Assembly: GCA_013265495.1 (NCBI GenBank)
Contig: MU061579.1
Coordinates: 7,168,124-7,232,123 of the forward strand
Direction of reading: 5' to 3'
Source of the DNA: Vicugna vicugna
Lineage: Eukaryota
DNA length: 64,000 bases
Shown: piece by piece, positions 1-11,990 of the stretch
Numbering within the stretch: the first letter of the stretch is position 1
Layout of the letters: every line of letters begins with the position of its first letter
The notes under the pieces: model-generated
Told to the model about the DNA's origin: nothing
The model's database searches: none
What the model saw: the letters and a program-made list of their open reading frames with translations, nothing else
Position numbers and translations under genes: made by a program

Positions 1-92
1 AACCCTATGAATATACTAAAAATCACTGAATTGTACACTTTATGTGGGTAAAAGTAAGGTATGTCAATTATATCTCAATAAAACTGTTAGAA
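1..92 (+). mobile_element. Old L1 (L1MB/L1MC-type) extreme 3' end
   Basis: Matches the recalled L1M 3' tail 'atatactaaaa..cactgaattgtacacttt...tatatctcaataaa.ctgtt'; cut by the window edge. Confidence 0.75.
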
Positions 93-2019
93 AGTAGTAA
101 AATGGTGGACTTCTAATTAATGAACCTTTGAAGTTGTTACACAAGGTGTCAGTGGACATCTGTTAATTACCCCATCAGAGGTGTGTCCCCACATCCATGG
201 CCTTTAGCTTTTGAGACTCTTCCTTGCTCACGGCAGCAGTTCTCCCATGTGTAAAAATGTGAAGCTTCAGCTCTGATCTTTGTTTGATAGCTTTATTGTG
301 TTTTTCCTGATTGTAAAATTAACACATACACAGTGGGAAAAACTCAGAAAAGTATAAGTTCAAGGCATAAATTAAAGAACACAGGTAATCCTGTGCCTCT
401 AAGAGCACTATACCTTCCTGACTCCTTTCCAGGTTGGAAAATCTGGTCTAGAATTTAGGTTTTAGAGAACCAAGTCTCATACCAAATACATAGGTAACCT
501 TCATTTTGACAGACTTTCTCTGAAATGATCACGTGGACCTGAAGAGCTCATCTTTCTAAAAGCAGGTTTCTAGTCTAGTCTAGGTTAGATAGTGCTAAAA
601 TGCAGTTAACACCTTGTATTAATTTAAAAACACACCCCCGCTTGCTTTGCCCTGCCATCAGTGGTCTCCCTCTCCCTGTCACACGTGTCCCAGATTGTAA
701 TCTTATTCATTATGTGCCCAGTTGTGATTTCTCTAGACCTACACAGGGGCCTCTGGAAAGAAAAGGTTATGAGGGAAGTGCTGCCTGGATCTCTAGACCT
801 GGGGCCCAGTGTGCTGGGAATCGCACCCTCCCCAGACCAGGTGTTCATATGAGGCTGACCTAATACATCAGATGAATATAGTAGCCTATTCTTTGTCAGG
901 GAAAAAAATGCATTAATTATTTGGCTTAAGTCCACCAAATTAAGGTTGGCCCTGAAGGGAACAAATACTTCCCTGAGCTTTGGATTGTCCTGGTAAAGAG
1001 CTAAAATAATAGTAAATATTGCTTAGATAGGGAATCAGACCTCTTACACTCATGTGTGCTCACAAGGGAAAGATGTTCTTATTTACAATTTGCCTTATAA
1101 AATTATTTTCCCAAATTGATCTTTTAGAACAAGGAAATTAATCGAGAACAGGATGTGCTGCTTTCCATTGGGAATCCATTTCTATGAAGAAACATAACTG
1201 GAAACAGTTAACTATTTATTTAATGCTCTTATGCTAACACTTAATGCTCACATTAACTCTTAATGCTCTCAGGGCTTTCTGCCTCCCCCTCAGTTAACAT
1301 TTATCAGTTATTTTTATTGCTGGTTATTCTTTCCCTTGAAAGTGTTTTGTTTTCTCAAATGGTTGTAAATTTTTTAAAAGCCTGTCCCATAAATGTCATT
1401 TTAATCTCCCACAGTCCCTTATTTAAGATCGAGCCCTAAATATTTCTTGATTAATTATTTGCCAGCAGGCATGTCTGGCCTTCCTGAAATATGGGCATTG
1501 TGATCTAATTATGTAGACATATCTTTCTGAAGGCACCGTCACAATTACACTGACTACACAGAAAAGAGCAGCTTTTTTTGGAGCAAAATCTGTTCATTAA
1601 ACAGGTTGCTTAAAAGTATGTGACTAGTCATTGTACTGGTCTCTCATGTCTTCTGTCAGTTTGAGAATTTTCAGAATCAAAAGTTGTGGGTTTTTTTAAG
1701 TTCAACACCCATGTTTATGTCTAGAACTTAGACCCAGTATCATATTTTTTCTATATTCAACATTTCAGATGGGCTGTGTATTTCAAAGGATGCTAAGCTA
1801 CAGCAAACAACTGCCTGTTTCTAAGGACCGAACGCCTTTCTCTTTGAACCCTGTTCATTGTCTTTCTTCCTAAGAATTTTTCATGTTGTGTTTCACAGGT
1901 GTCCTCCCCAAACCTTCATCAGTTAATTAACTGGGTATTTCAGAAAAGATGTTCTTCCAACTCAGGGTTCTCAGTGTAGGAGAGGGTGACTAGGGTCTTA
2001 ACCAAATAATCATATACAT

Positions 2020-2660
2020 GTAAATTTTCAGTAGTGACAAGTGCAATGCAAATCAACAGCAGAGGAGTTTGACCCCGGAAGGGAAGTAAAAGAAGGCTTC
2101 TCTGAGGAAGATCAGAGAGGTTAACCAGGAAGAAAGGGCAAGCACAAGCAAAGGGGCTGAAAGAAAACCTGTGGAGATGGGGCCCGGGGAGGAAGATGGC
2201 TCAAGACAGGCTTGTAGGAATGGGCAGGAGTTTTCTCTTCTCACTTCAAGAACAGTGAGAAGCTGCTGAAACGTGTTTACCGTCAGGGAGCTGGCATATC
2301 CAGCCTGTGCTTTGGAAAGATCCCTACGGCTGTGCTGTGGACAGCTGCCCAGAGAGCACCCAGTGGGTGTGGGCAGACCCATCACAAAGGTTTGCAGTGG
2401 ACTAGGCAAGAGACCTGGGTCATTTGGTCCAGGTTTTGATGGCAGTGCCACAGAGAGAAGTGAATTAATTCAAAAAATATTTAGAGAATGGAATTGTCAG
2501 GCCACGTTGGTACAGCATAGGTCTCATGAGAGTTCAGATAGAAGTGATCCAGTTCAAGAAATATCTAAAAGACAAAGTCATCAGGAATCGGCCATGGATT
2601 GGAAATGAAAAGTGAGGGAAAGAGAGGTGTCAAGGAAGACTCACAGATCTTCTGAGTTGT
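2020..2660 (-). mobile_element. L2 LINE fragment
   Basis: Purine-rich antisense L2 phrases (gaaggcttctctgaggaag; ggaaagatccct..ggctgtgctgtggac; gagggaaagagaggtgtcaagga). Confidence 0.6.
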
Positions 2661-2873
2661 ACTAATAATATGTACCTCAGCGCATTAAATGCTCTGAGAA
2701 GTTCTACAGCAAAGAAACTTGGCTGACTCTCTCATCTAGCATTTCCCACATTCATTCCTTTTTCTGGTAGCAGTTTCTAACTTCTGGGAACACACTTCAG
2801 ACAACTGAGTTAGCCTAAGTAGGCCCTTGGACTTTGAGCAATTCCAAATATTCTTCCCATTTTTTAAAACCCC

Positions 2874-3225
2874 TGTATTAGACTGCTAGCGCTGCCATGA
2901 CAAAAGAACACAGACCACAAACTGGAGGGCTTCAGCAACAGACATTTGTTTTCTCACAGTTCTGGAGGCTGGAAGTCCAAGGTCAAGGTGTCTGCAGGTT
3001 TGGTTTCTCCTGAGGCCGCTCTCCTGGCTGCCTCTTCACACGGTCATCCCACCGTCTGCGTTGTCTCTGTGTCCTAGTCTCTTCTACTAAAGACACCAGT
3101 CAGATTGGATGAGGGCTCAGCCTGACGACCTCATTTTACCTTAATTACCTCTTTAAAGGGGCTCTCTCCGAATACAGCCCTGTTCTGAGGTGCTGTGGGT
3201 TAGGGACACGGTTTAGCCCGGAACA
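2874..3225 (-). mobile_element. MaLR solo LTR (MLT1 family)
   Basis: Diagnostic 'ttctcacagttctggaggctggaagtccaaggtcaaggtgtctgcagg' and 'cctcattttaccttaattacctctttaaagg'. Confidence 0.85.
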
Positions 3226-5729
3226 ACCCCAGAAGCGTAAACTTCTCTTCTAGAGCTGGTGCTGCCAGTGAGCATCCACAGCCTGCATCACATCCAAGCT
3301 CTGCTGGTCCTGTTGGGTCATCCTGACACATCCCCATTGTCAGCACCCTCCATGGAGAAGTCCCACCTTGTGCTGTGGCAAGATTTTTGTTTCTTACTCA
3401 GATTTCTTATTTGTAACCCTATAAAAGAACAACAAAGGGTAAGAAAAAAATGCAACAAATGGTACCCTTCTGATCAACCCCATAGCCAAGATATCAGAAA
3501 TGAAGATGTTAGTGGAGGGAAGAGAATGCTTCTGGATTTTTCTTCAAACCAGGTGAAACCAGCATTTCACCTTGAAGCAGCAGAGCACCTAAGCCCAGGT
3601 AAACACCGGTCTGCTCCATGCCCTGCACCACCCAGTCGGGAGCCAGGACTCTTAAATGCGGGGTGGGCCACAAGCAGTATGTGAGATGCCTGGGAACTAA
3701 AGTTCAAAATCTGCCTTCGTTCTCTGCTCAGAAGGCAAGTCATTGAGCTTTTCTCTCTTTCTTTTCCTGGGAGAATGGCTGAGAAGATTATGTGGATAGA
3801 TCGTTCTACCTTTGAAAAACAAAACCACTGTGCATGTAAACGTTGAGACTATCACTCATCTCTCACCATCAGACTGGCAAGAGTAGTGAGATGGTCAAAA
3901 CAGTATGGGTGCATTGAAGCAGCAATTCATAAAACCCACCCTCAGAGTGAATATTTTTTATTATTTTGCATGTTATCTTATATTCTATATTCTCCACCAA
4001 AGTCACCTTCAGTTTTCCTATGTTTCTAATTTCAGCCAATCTTTTAAATGTCATCACATCATCTTTATTGGAATTAGGTCCCAAATGAGTCACAAACCAA
4101 TGAAAACTGCCTGCTGATTTGCTGATTGTGGACACTTTATATTAAGGAAGGAGCCAGGATTTTTTTTTCCCTCCTCAATCCTCTTTAAGTCTCAAAGTCT
4201 GTCTGCTGCTTTTTGGAACCTGAGTACCACTGACTGAGTCATTGTATGAAACACATCCACCATATTATTCCAACGAAATAGGCAAAAAATGCTTGGTCTG
4301 CACATCGGTCAGCTACTTCCAGGAAGAGATGGTTGGACCTGGCTTTACGGAAAACCACTCTTCTCTCCCTAATGACTGCACGGGGGTGCCCATGCAAATA
4401 AGGTGAACCGAACAGATCTCCCTGAACTTGTTCCACGTGGGGTTGCCATAGCTAATCCAGATTTGATGCGTTCTCCCTGTACACAGACAAGTACTGTAAG
4501 ATACTGTTTTGTGAATCACATTTGAATTGTGGCCTCTCTCCACAATAAAGTTAATCAGAAACTGATACATCTTTATTCAAGGCTGGCTTACTATCTTTTT
4601 TTCTCCCTGGTAGATATTACCTAATGTATAGATTCTTTGTAGTGCTGGCAAAGTTGCCCCAGGGCTCCTGAGATCCCTTGAGTTCAAATCTGGCTTCTGC
4701 CACTTAAACAACTTGGCATCTTGTCAGTCTGAGCTGAAGTTCAAAGCTCGACTCCTGGTTTTAGGTGAAGATATTTTAGCCCTACCCTCCTCTCACATGC
4801 GTGGCTCTGCAGGTATCAGGAACCGCAGGGAGTAGGAAGCCTGGTAATTACATTGTTTACCTCCTAGTTTCGCACAAAACCAAATCAATCCCAGGCACGC
4901 CACCAACCAGCCTTTAGGGAAATGTATTCCAAAAAGCTTCACTGAAACCACTTATTTATTGACATTTCATCATTCTGCTGAGCAGGAAACACTTAGACCA
5001 AACAAGGAAAAACCCAACCTTTCAAACGCCTGACCTTTGTCAAAGGTTTATTGAGAAAGGGAGATTAGAAAAGAGCTGGAGGTGCCAAATTCTTTGTCAT
5101 GCCCCTTTGCCAGGTGGCAGTATCATACGGCATTGGGTATGAGCTTAAGAAAAAAAGAGAAAAGGAACAAGGTTTCTCTCTCTACAGAAATTAGATTAGT
5201 TACTGTTCCTTTTTATGACTTATAATGTATCTTCCTTCTAAAATATATTTCCCTTTTCCCATTTCATCTCATTACCCCAAATACACACACATGGACGGTC
5301 CTGCACCTTCATAACATACCTAAATAATGCATTCTACTGAAAACAACCACCATCACGGACATCTCCTTGAACCGCCTCTTGGACATCCGTTCTAGTTCCT
5401 GGCTGTCTGGAAGTTCTGAAGGTGTGACTTAGCCTAGAGCTTTTTGTTAAACAGTAAAGAAAACCATTACTATTTCTCTGTGAGAATGACATATATAAGG
5501 TAATTAGCACAGTGCCTGGGGCAGCCCCAGCGGTCCCCAGGTCGTGGTGACAATGTAGTAGTGATTGATTGTTATTACTGGAACAGAAATGATATGTATG
5601 CCTTTTGGGTTTCAGTTATCAAAACAGGGGCAATAGCCGTATGAAATGTTCTGAAGTAGCTTTCTTCTCCTCCTCCTTCTCCTCCAAGGTTAATGAAATA
5701 CTTCAAAAAGGCAAAAAGAGATACACTCA

Positions 5730-6555
5730 CTTTCTTTGGTATGAAAAGTTTACAGCTATAGAAAAGTTGAAAGAATTGCACATCTCACTGTCTAGAATGT
5801 ACAATTAACATTTTGTTTCTTTATCGCATATCTAACCACCTGGCTACCTATCAGTCCCTATTTCTTTAAGCTGCATCTCAGGGTCTGTTGCAGACATTGC
5901 TTCATTTTGAACATTTCAAAATGTTTACTGTGAGTTCAGTTTTTCTTTGCGGCTCTCTTTCTCTTCTTCACCTTTCCCCCTTCTCTCCCTCTCCCCTTCC
6001 TCTGGTATAATTTACAGGCAGTAGAAATGAACGCATCCAAGCGTATGATTTGGTGAGTTTCAGCAACTGCGTACAACTGTATAACCCAACTCCCCATTAA
6101 GATTAATAGAGAATATTATCACCCCAGGAAAATTCCCCAAGCTCCTTCCCAATCAGTTCTTGTCTGCCACTCTCATGGAGTCAATCACTATTCTGATTTT
6201 TTAAGTCACCATAAATTAATTTAGCCTATTTAAAACTTATTTAAATGGGTCATACAGTTTGTAAGAATGTATGTTCTCTGTTGCATAAGGCTGCTGTTAC
6301 TCAGCTTATTTTTGAGTTTCATCCAAACTGTCACATGTATCAGCAGTTCATTCTTTTTTATTGCTCAGTAGTATTTCATTGTATGGCTATACCACAGTGT
6401 ATTATACTGTTGATGGCTATCTGTGTTACTTCCAATTTGGGACTACTATGAATAAACCTGCTTTTCATACTCTTGGGCAAGTCTTTTATGTGATACAGAT
6501 TTCCATGCCTCTTGTGTAAATATCCAGGAATCAAATTGATGAATCATAGGGTTCC
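5730..6555 (-). mobile_element. Old L1 (L1MC/ME-type) 3' fragments
   Basis: Antisense L1M 3' UTR phrases (ttcattctttttattgct.agtagtatttcattgtatggctataccaca; gttacttccaatttgggactactatgaataa). Confidence 0.7.
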
Positions 6556-6939
6556 TGCACAGCCATGCCTGCTGGGTTCAGATTTTCTTGGAGCAGTAAC
6601 CTCTACATCCATTCAAGTCTAGACTGCCCCCCACCCCCCCCACCACATGAGGTAGCAGAACAAGGGGCAATAATGGTTATTTTTAGGTTCTTCAGGATCG
6701 TGTTATCCTTTTGCTCAAAGAACGTGTGTTTCTCAACCAGCATGTTCACAGGTTAGCATTTGGATTGGTGGAAGAAACAGGACATTGTAGGTAACTCCAG
6801 CCCATCTCATTTGTTAAGGAGCTCTTACATCACAAATGCTGTTGATGGTTGGCTGTCCATTATTTGAATATTCATCATGTATGACAAGTAGGAAAAAAAC
6901 AACTTGGAAAACCTCTTCTTATACCTGTGGGCTATGCTA

Positions 6940-7282
6940 TACATTTGGCCCCATATATTTGCAGGTTCTGGATCTGTGGATTCAACCAACTGCATATCAA
7001 AAATACTTCGAAAAAAGTAAATTCCAGAAAGTTCTAAAAAGAAAGCTTGAATTTGCACATCAGCAACTATTTGCTTAGCATTTGCATTGTATTTACAACT
7101 ATTTACAAAGCATTTACATTGTATTAGATAGTATAAATAGTCTAGAGGTGATTTAAAGTATATAGGAGGATGTACATAGGCTACATGCAGACACTCTGAC
7201 ATTTTATATAAGGGACTTGAGCATCCTCGGATTTTAATATCCATGGGGTCCAAGATCCCCCAAGGATGCTAAGGGGTGACTA
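6940..7282 (-). mobile_element. MER2/MER2B-like TcMar-Tigger non-autonomous DNA transposon
   Basis: 'gtggattcaaccaac', 'tctagaggtgatttaaagtatataggaggatgt', 'tataagggacttgagcatcctcggatttt' match the reverse complement of MER2. Confidence 0.85.
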
Positions 7283-7439
7283 GAGTTGATTTCAGCTGGT
7301 CCCTCAACATCCACCACTCAGACGCATGTTTCCCTAGTCACTTCTCTTTACCATCCTCTATTGCATCCATTTTAAGCCCTCTCTCCTCTGATCAGATCTC
7401 AGACCCAGTCACCTTCCTCAGCTTAGCACTAGTTTACAG

Positions 7440-7599
7440 TAGTGGTTCTCAACCGCGGTCAGTTTTGTCTTGTAGTTAGGAAGGGTGCTACAAGCATACA
7501 ATAGGTCAAGGCTACTGAACCTCATCCAGTGCAAAAGACAGTCCACCCCAAAGAAAGAACTGTCCATCCTAAAACTAGTGCTGCAGTTTAGAATCCCTA
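7440..7599 (+). mobile_element. MER20-like hAT-Charlie element
   Basis: Starts 'agtggttctcaacc'; flanked by a near-perfect 8-bp TSD, gtttacag (7432-7439) / ctttacag (7600-7607). Confidence 0.75.
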
Positions 7600-7789
7600 C
7601 TTTACAGGCAAAATAGAAGACATTAGAACAGGCTTCTTAACATGTTTTATGCTATAGACTGCTTTATCAGTCTATGGACCCCTTTTCAGGAAAATATTTT
7701 TAAATTCATAAAATAAAATACATAGGATTACAAAGGAAGTATTGTTACCAATTTTTAAAAACCGTGATTTAGTAATATCCTTCTTTTTA

Positions 7790-7949
7790 TTTTTTTAATT
7801 GAAGTACCATCAGTTATAATGTGTCAATCTCTGGTGTACAGCACAATGTCCCAGTCATGCATATATATACATAAATTTTTTTTATTAAAGGTTATTACAA
7901 AATTTGAACATAGTTTCCTGTGCTATACAGCAGAAACTTTTTTTAAAAT
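7790..7949 (-). mobile_element. Short 5'-truncated lineage-specific L1 3' end
   Basis: T-rich tail then 'tgtgtcaatctctggtgtacagcacaatgtcccagtcatgc'; TSD atatccttcttttta (7775-7789) / atatgcttcttttta (7950-7964). Confidence 0.75.
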
Positions 7950-7964
7950 ATATGCTTCTTTTTA

Positions 7965-8854
7965 TATTCCATGTTAAAATTGAAGTATAGTTGATTTACT
8001 GTATTTGTTTCAGGCATACAACATAGTAATTCAGTATTTTATAAATTGTACTCCAGTAAAAATTATTATAAGATAATGGCTATAATTCCCTGTGCTGTAC
8101 AATATATCCTTGTTGTCTATTTTATACACAATAGTTTGTATGTCTTAGTCCTATACCCCTGTCTTGCCCTTCCTCCCACTTTCCTCTCCCCTTTGGTAAC
8201 TACTCGTTTGTTTTCTATATCTCTGAGTCTGTTTCTGTTTTGTGTATAGTTATTTGTATTTTTTTAGATTAAATAAGTGATATTGTCAGTATTTGTCTTT
8301 CTGTGTCTGACTTCTTTCACTAAGTATAATTATCTCTAGGTCTATCCATGTTGCTGCAAATGGCAGAATTTAAATTCTTGTTTATGGCCGAGTAATATTC
8401 CATTGTGTATATATATGACATCTTTATCCATTCATCTGTTGATGGGCACTTGGGTTGCTTCCATGTTTTGGCTACTGTAAATAGTGCTGCTGTGCACATT
8501 AGGATGCACGTATCTTTTCAAATTTGTGTTTTCTTTCTTTCTTTCTCAGCCAGGAGTGAATTGCTAGATCATATCGTAGTTCTATTTTTAGTTTTTTGAG
8601 GAACCGCCATACTGGTTTTTTTCATAGTGGCTGCACCTATTTATATTCCCACAACTGTGTACAAGGGTTCCATTTTCTCCACATCTTCTGCAATGTTTGT
8701 TATTTGTAGACTTTTTGATGATAGTCATTCTGACCTGTGTGAGGTGATATCACATTGTTGTTTTGACTTGCATTTCCCTTGTGATTAGTGATGTTGAGCA
8801 TCTTTTCATGTGTCTATTAGCCATCAGTATGTCTTCTTTGGAAAAAATGTCAGT
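7965..8854 (-). mobile_element. L1 3' UTR and ORF2 C-terminal end (L1MA9-like/artiodactyl L1)
   Basis: Canonical antisense L1 3' text (ctatccatgttgctgcaaatggc; catctgttgatgggcacttgggttgcttccatg; gatgttgagcatcttttcatgtg). Confidence 0.9.
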
Positions 8855-9264
8855 ATGTGCTTCTTTGTAAATGTATTACAGAACAAGCCTAGCAGGTGTC
8901 TAATGAATACCATAACTATGAGCATAAATAATATTTTGAGATCTACAACAATTCTAATATAATATGAAAATACCTGCTTTCTGTTAGAGATGAAGTCACA
9001 CAGACTGCTAGCGATGCTGTATTTTGATACCTACATTCAGATTTGAAGAAATGCTACACTTAAGTCAGAGGTTAGGGAAGAAGGAGATGTGACTTTTTCT
9101 CATTTAAGTTCACAGATGCCTCAAATCCTATCATTGAGGCTCTGTACACCCCAGGTTGAAAACTCCTGCATTTGAAGAAATTACCATCACACACACACAA
9201 AACCGTCTTTCTCCATGTACATCCATCCTTCCTTCCTCCCTGATTCAAGAGTAGATGTCCCTCT

Positions 9265-10035
9265 CAATCAAAGTTCACTTGCAGAAAACAGAAATTACAT
9301 TCACTATTTGAAGCAAAACACAATTTAATCCAGGAAATTGTTTACATTTCCCCTCGAAAGGCTTCAGTAGCAGGCTCGAAAACACTGTAAACAAAAATAT
9401 AAAATAAAAAGAACTAGTAGGACATCAATAAATTGTTGACTATAATTGTTTCTCAAGGTGATTGTTTATATACACACATATGTACCTACAATTAGATGCA
9501 TGAAAACATTGAGGCCAAAATATACTTTCAAAGAGGAAAAAAAATATATCAACAACAGCAAACACCACCATAGACCTGACCCTTCCAGGGAGCTGCCTCC
9601 TCTTACACAACCAAAAAGGAGGGAAATTGGAAATGATAAGTGGAACTCTTGACTGCAGAAACACTGCCTTAGCCGGGATTAGCTGGAGAGCTACTGCAAA
9701 TGACGGCCCTAGAGTCACACCATGCCTCAAAACAAAAAACAAACAAAAAAACCACCAAATGCCCCCCATTCTGCTTCTTGACATCCACAAAGCACCAGGA
9801 TGCTGGAACACTGCTAACGGAAAACCCAGTGGCTCCCCCTGGGACTTGCCAGCTGAAAAATCAGAAGTAGCCAAAGTATAATCTCTGCTCCCCTCCTTCT
9901 CCCGTCCTCACCTCTTGGAGGACTGTCTGAATCTTAAGTCTGTGTGGGAATCCTACTGCAAGAGAGGCTGGGAAACCTTTTTTGCTTTCTAGCCTCTGCA
10001 GAACAGGAAGACACACAGAATGAAGACATTGGGTC
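9265..10035 (-). mobile_element. Probable old MaLR (MLT1-type) LTR, degenerate
   Basis: Start resembles 'tca.ggtt..cttgcag..aacagaaa'; end resembles 'ctgcaagagaggctgggaaa....tttctagcctctgcag'; central A-rich part unexplained. Confidence 0.4.
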
Positions 10036-10039
10036 CACC

Positions 10040-11255
10040 ATATTCCCCACCACCTCCTATCTGAGGCTGATTAATCCTACGTTGTTCCCTCCCCTCTGCT
10101 ATTGACCTTACTAAAGGTATGATCCTCTTTCCTCTGTCTTCAGCTCCTCCCTTTCTTCCAGCTGTCTTCTACCAGCATATCCAGACAACTTGAAAACCCC
10201 CAACTTAAGTAAACCTTCCCTTAATCCTATTTTCTTCTTTCTCACCCTCTCCACCTTCCATTCACAGCCCATTCCCTTCCAAGAGTTTTTATGCTTAATG
10301 TTTATACTTTCTCGCCTCCTACTGCTGGTTAACCCATAGCAATCTAGCTTCCAGATTCACCACTGCACCAAAACCGCCTTTGCCAAGGTCACCAGTTACC
10401 TTCTTGGTGCTAAAGCTAAGAGGCATTTATGGTCCTTTTCTTGTCTGACCCTTGAGTGTCATTTAACACTGCCGGCCAATCCTTACTCCCTCAAACACTT
10501 CACCTGCTTCATTACCACACTCACTTCTACTTATTTGTGTGTTTGTTTTTCAAATGAAAAGTCTCATATATTATTACTAAACCAACCTACTAGTACAAAA
10601 GCATAGAAAAATCATTTTCCAAGTAAGACTTACCCAACTGTCCAGATAATGGTGATGTTTTCAGCTTGATTTAGAAAGACCTTGATACGGCATAAATATG
10701 GTGCCACCTCATGTGCAATTCCTTACAGACCCAGCTTGGTTCTTTTCCAATGTCTCCTCTTGGAGTTGTGTCTGGTATTATTACCAGTTTTTATCTGAAT
10801 CCATCAGAGATTGGGACAATTCTGCTTTAATTTCTTGGCCAGAAATTACTTGATCCTGAAAGTCTTGTGAGAAGACATGGCAAGGAATGGAGTCAATCCT
10901 TTTTAATTTTTTTTCTACCCACTGGCTGTAATTTATGAATCTCCTTTGTAGTTTTTTTTTTCTTTTTCTTTACATTAAGCAGTGTTTGTCAGGATTCAGT
11001 CTTTTCTTTAACACTATATATTTATTTCCTCTATTTTGTTTTTCAGTCCATGGACCTATTTATTAGCTATATTGTTAATGACTGAAATCTTTATATTGAG
11101 CCCAAAAGCTCTCTTCCAAGTCTCCGGCCAATATATTCAACTGCTTGCAGAACACCTCCCTTTGAACGTTTATCAACCACCTTAGGTACAGGGTATACCA
11201 AAGCAAAAATCTTCTTTCCACTTCCAAACCGGCACCTCCTTATTCCTATCACCCA
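10040..11255 (+). mobile_element. L2 LINE (ORF2/3' region), interrupted by the RPL39 retrocopy
   Basis: L2 phrases 'caccactgcaccaaaacc.cctttgccaaggtcaccag' and 'atatattcaactgcttgca.aacacctccc'. Confidence 0.7.
10531..10896 (-). pseudogene. RPL39: Processed pseudogene of 60S ribosomal protein L39 (CDS remnant 10878->10723)
   Basis: Minus strand reads MSSHKTFRIK*FLAKKLKQNCPNL*WIQIKTGNNTRHNSKRRHWKRTKLGL* (51 codons plus stop, colinear with RPL39, two in-frame stops, intronless). 5' UTR remnant ttgactcc..gccATG, 3' UTR, and a decayed poly(A) at ~10531-10550. Confidence 0.95.
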
Positions 11256-11259
11256 GAGA

Positions 11260-11370
11260 TAGGGTGACCATTCCTCTTGTTTGCCCAAAGTGCTTTCAGC
11301 TGACACTCTTTGTCTTTGTATAATTAGTGTAAGTGCTGCCTTTCCCCTCAAAAATGATCCAATTAGTGTT
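11260..11370 (+). mobile_element. MER94-like hAT-Blackjack MITE
   Basis: Starts 'tagggtgacca', contains 'ataattag..t..gtgctgcctttcccctcaaaa'. Confidence 0.6.
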
Positions 11371-11559
11371 GTACTTGTAGGATTGCATTAAAGTTTCATT
11401 TGGGTTTCACTTTATGAAAATAATGCTTTTTAAAGAGGGTAATAAAAAGAGAATATTTTCTCGCATGAGAAGAATTTTTAAAACGTAACATATAACTTGC
11501 AACATGCTGGAGAAATTTTAAAACAAAGTAAAAGCAAAAGTCTGAAAGTAAAGGAAACC

Positions 11560-11990
11560 ACCAGGAAGCATTAAGAAAATGGTAAAATAAGACAACAGAA
11601 GAGAGATTCAGTACATAGCATAAATGTAAATGGTTTAAACTTCTCTGTTAAAAGGCAGAGACTCTTAGGTTGGATCAGAAAAGAAGTAAAGCCAGCTGTT
11701 ATTCACCCAAAATAATGTGACAAGGAAAATTGATAATAAAAAGAGAGGCAAAGATAAGGCAAACAAATGCAACACAGAGAAATCAGAGAGGAAGAAAAAC
11801 ATAAAATAATAAATATTGTCTTTCAATTTTTGATCAAGGGTATAGTTTCCAACAGAAAATAAAATTATGATTTTATGTGTCAAATAACTCAGCATCAAAT
11901 ACAAGCATAAAGTAATGGATAAAGAAATTGTAAAAGGCAAATGTGGAGGAAGAATTTAATACAACTTTCCCAATATTCCAAGATATTCCC
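11560..11990 (+). mobile_element. Old L1 ORF2 endonuclease-region remnant
   Basis: 'aaatgtaaatggtttaaacttctctgttaaaaggcagagactc' corresponds to the NVNGLN-x-P-x-KR start of L1 ORF2. Confidence 0.65.

Larger units (their letters stand above)
7629..9168 (+). mobile_element. MER119-like hAT-Charlie element, split by two L1 insertions (7790-8854)
   Basis: Terminal inverted ends caggcttcttaac / gttgaaaactcctg; 8-bp TSD cattagaa (7621-7628) / catttgaa (9169-9176); internal 'ataaaataaaatacataggattacaaaggaa'. Confidence 0.75.
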
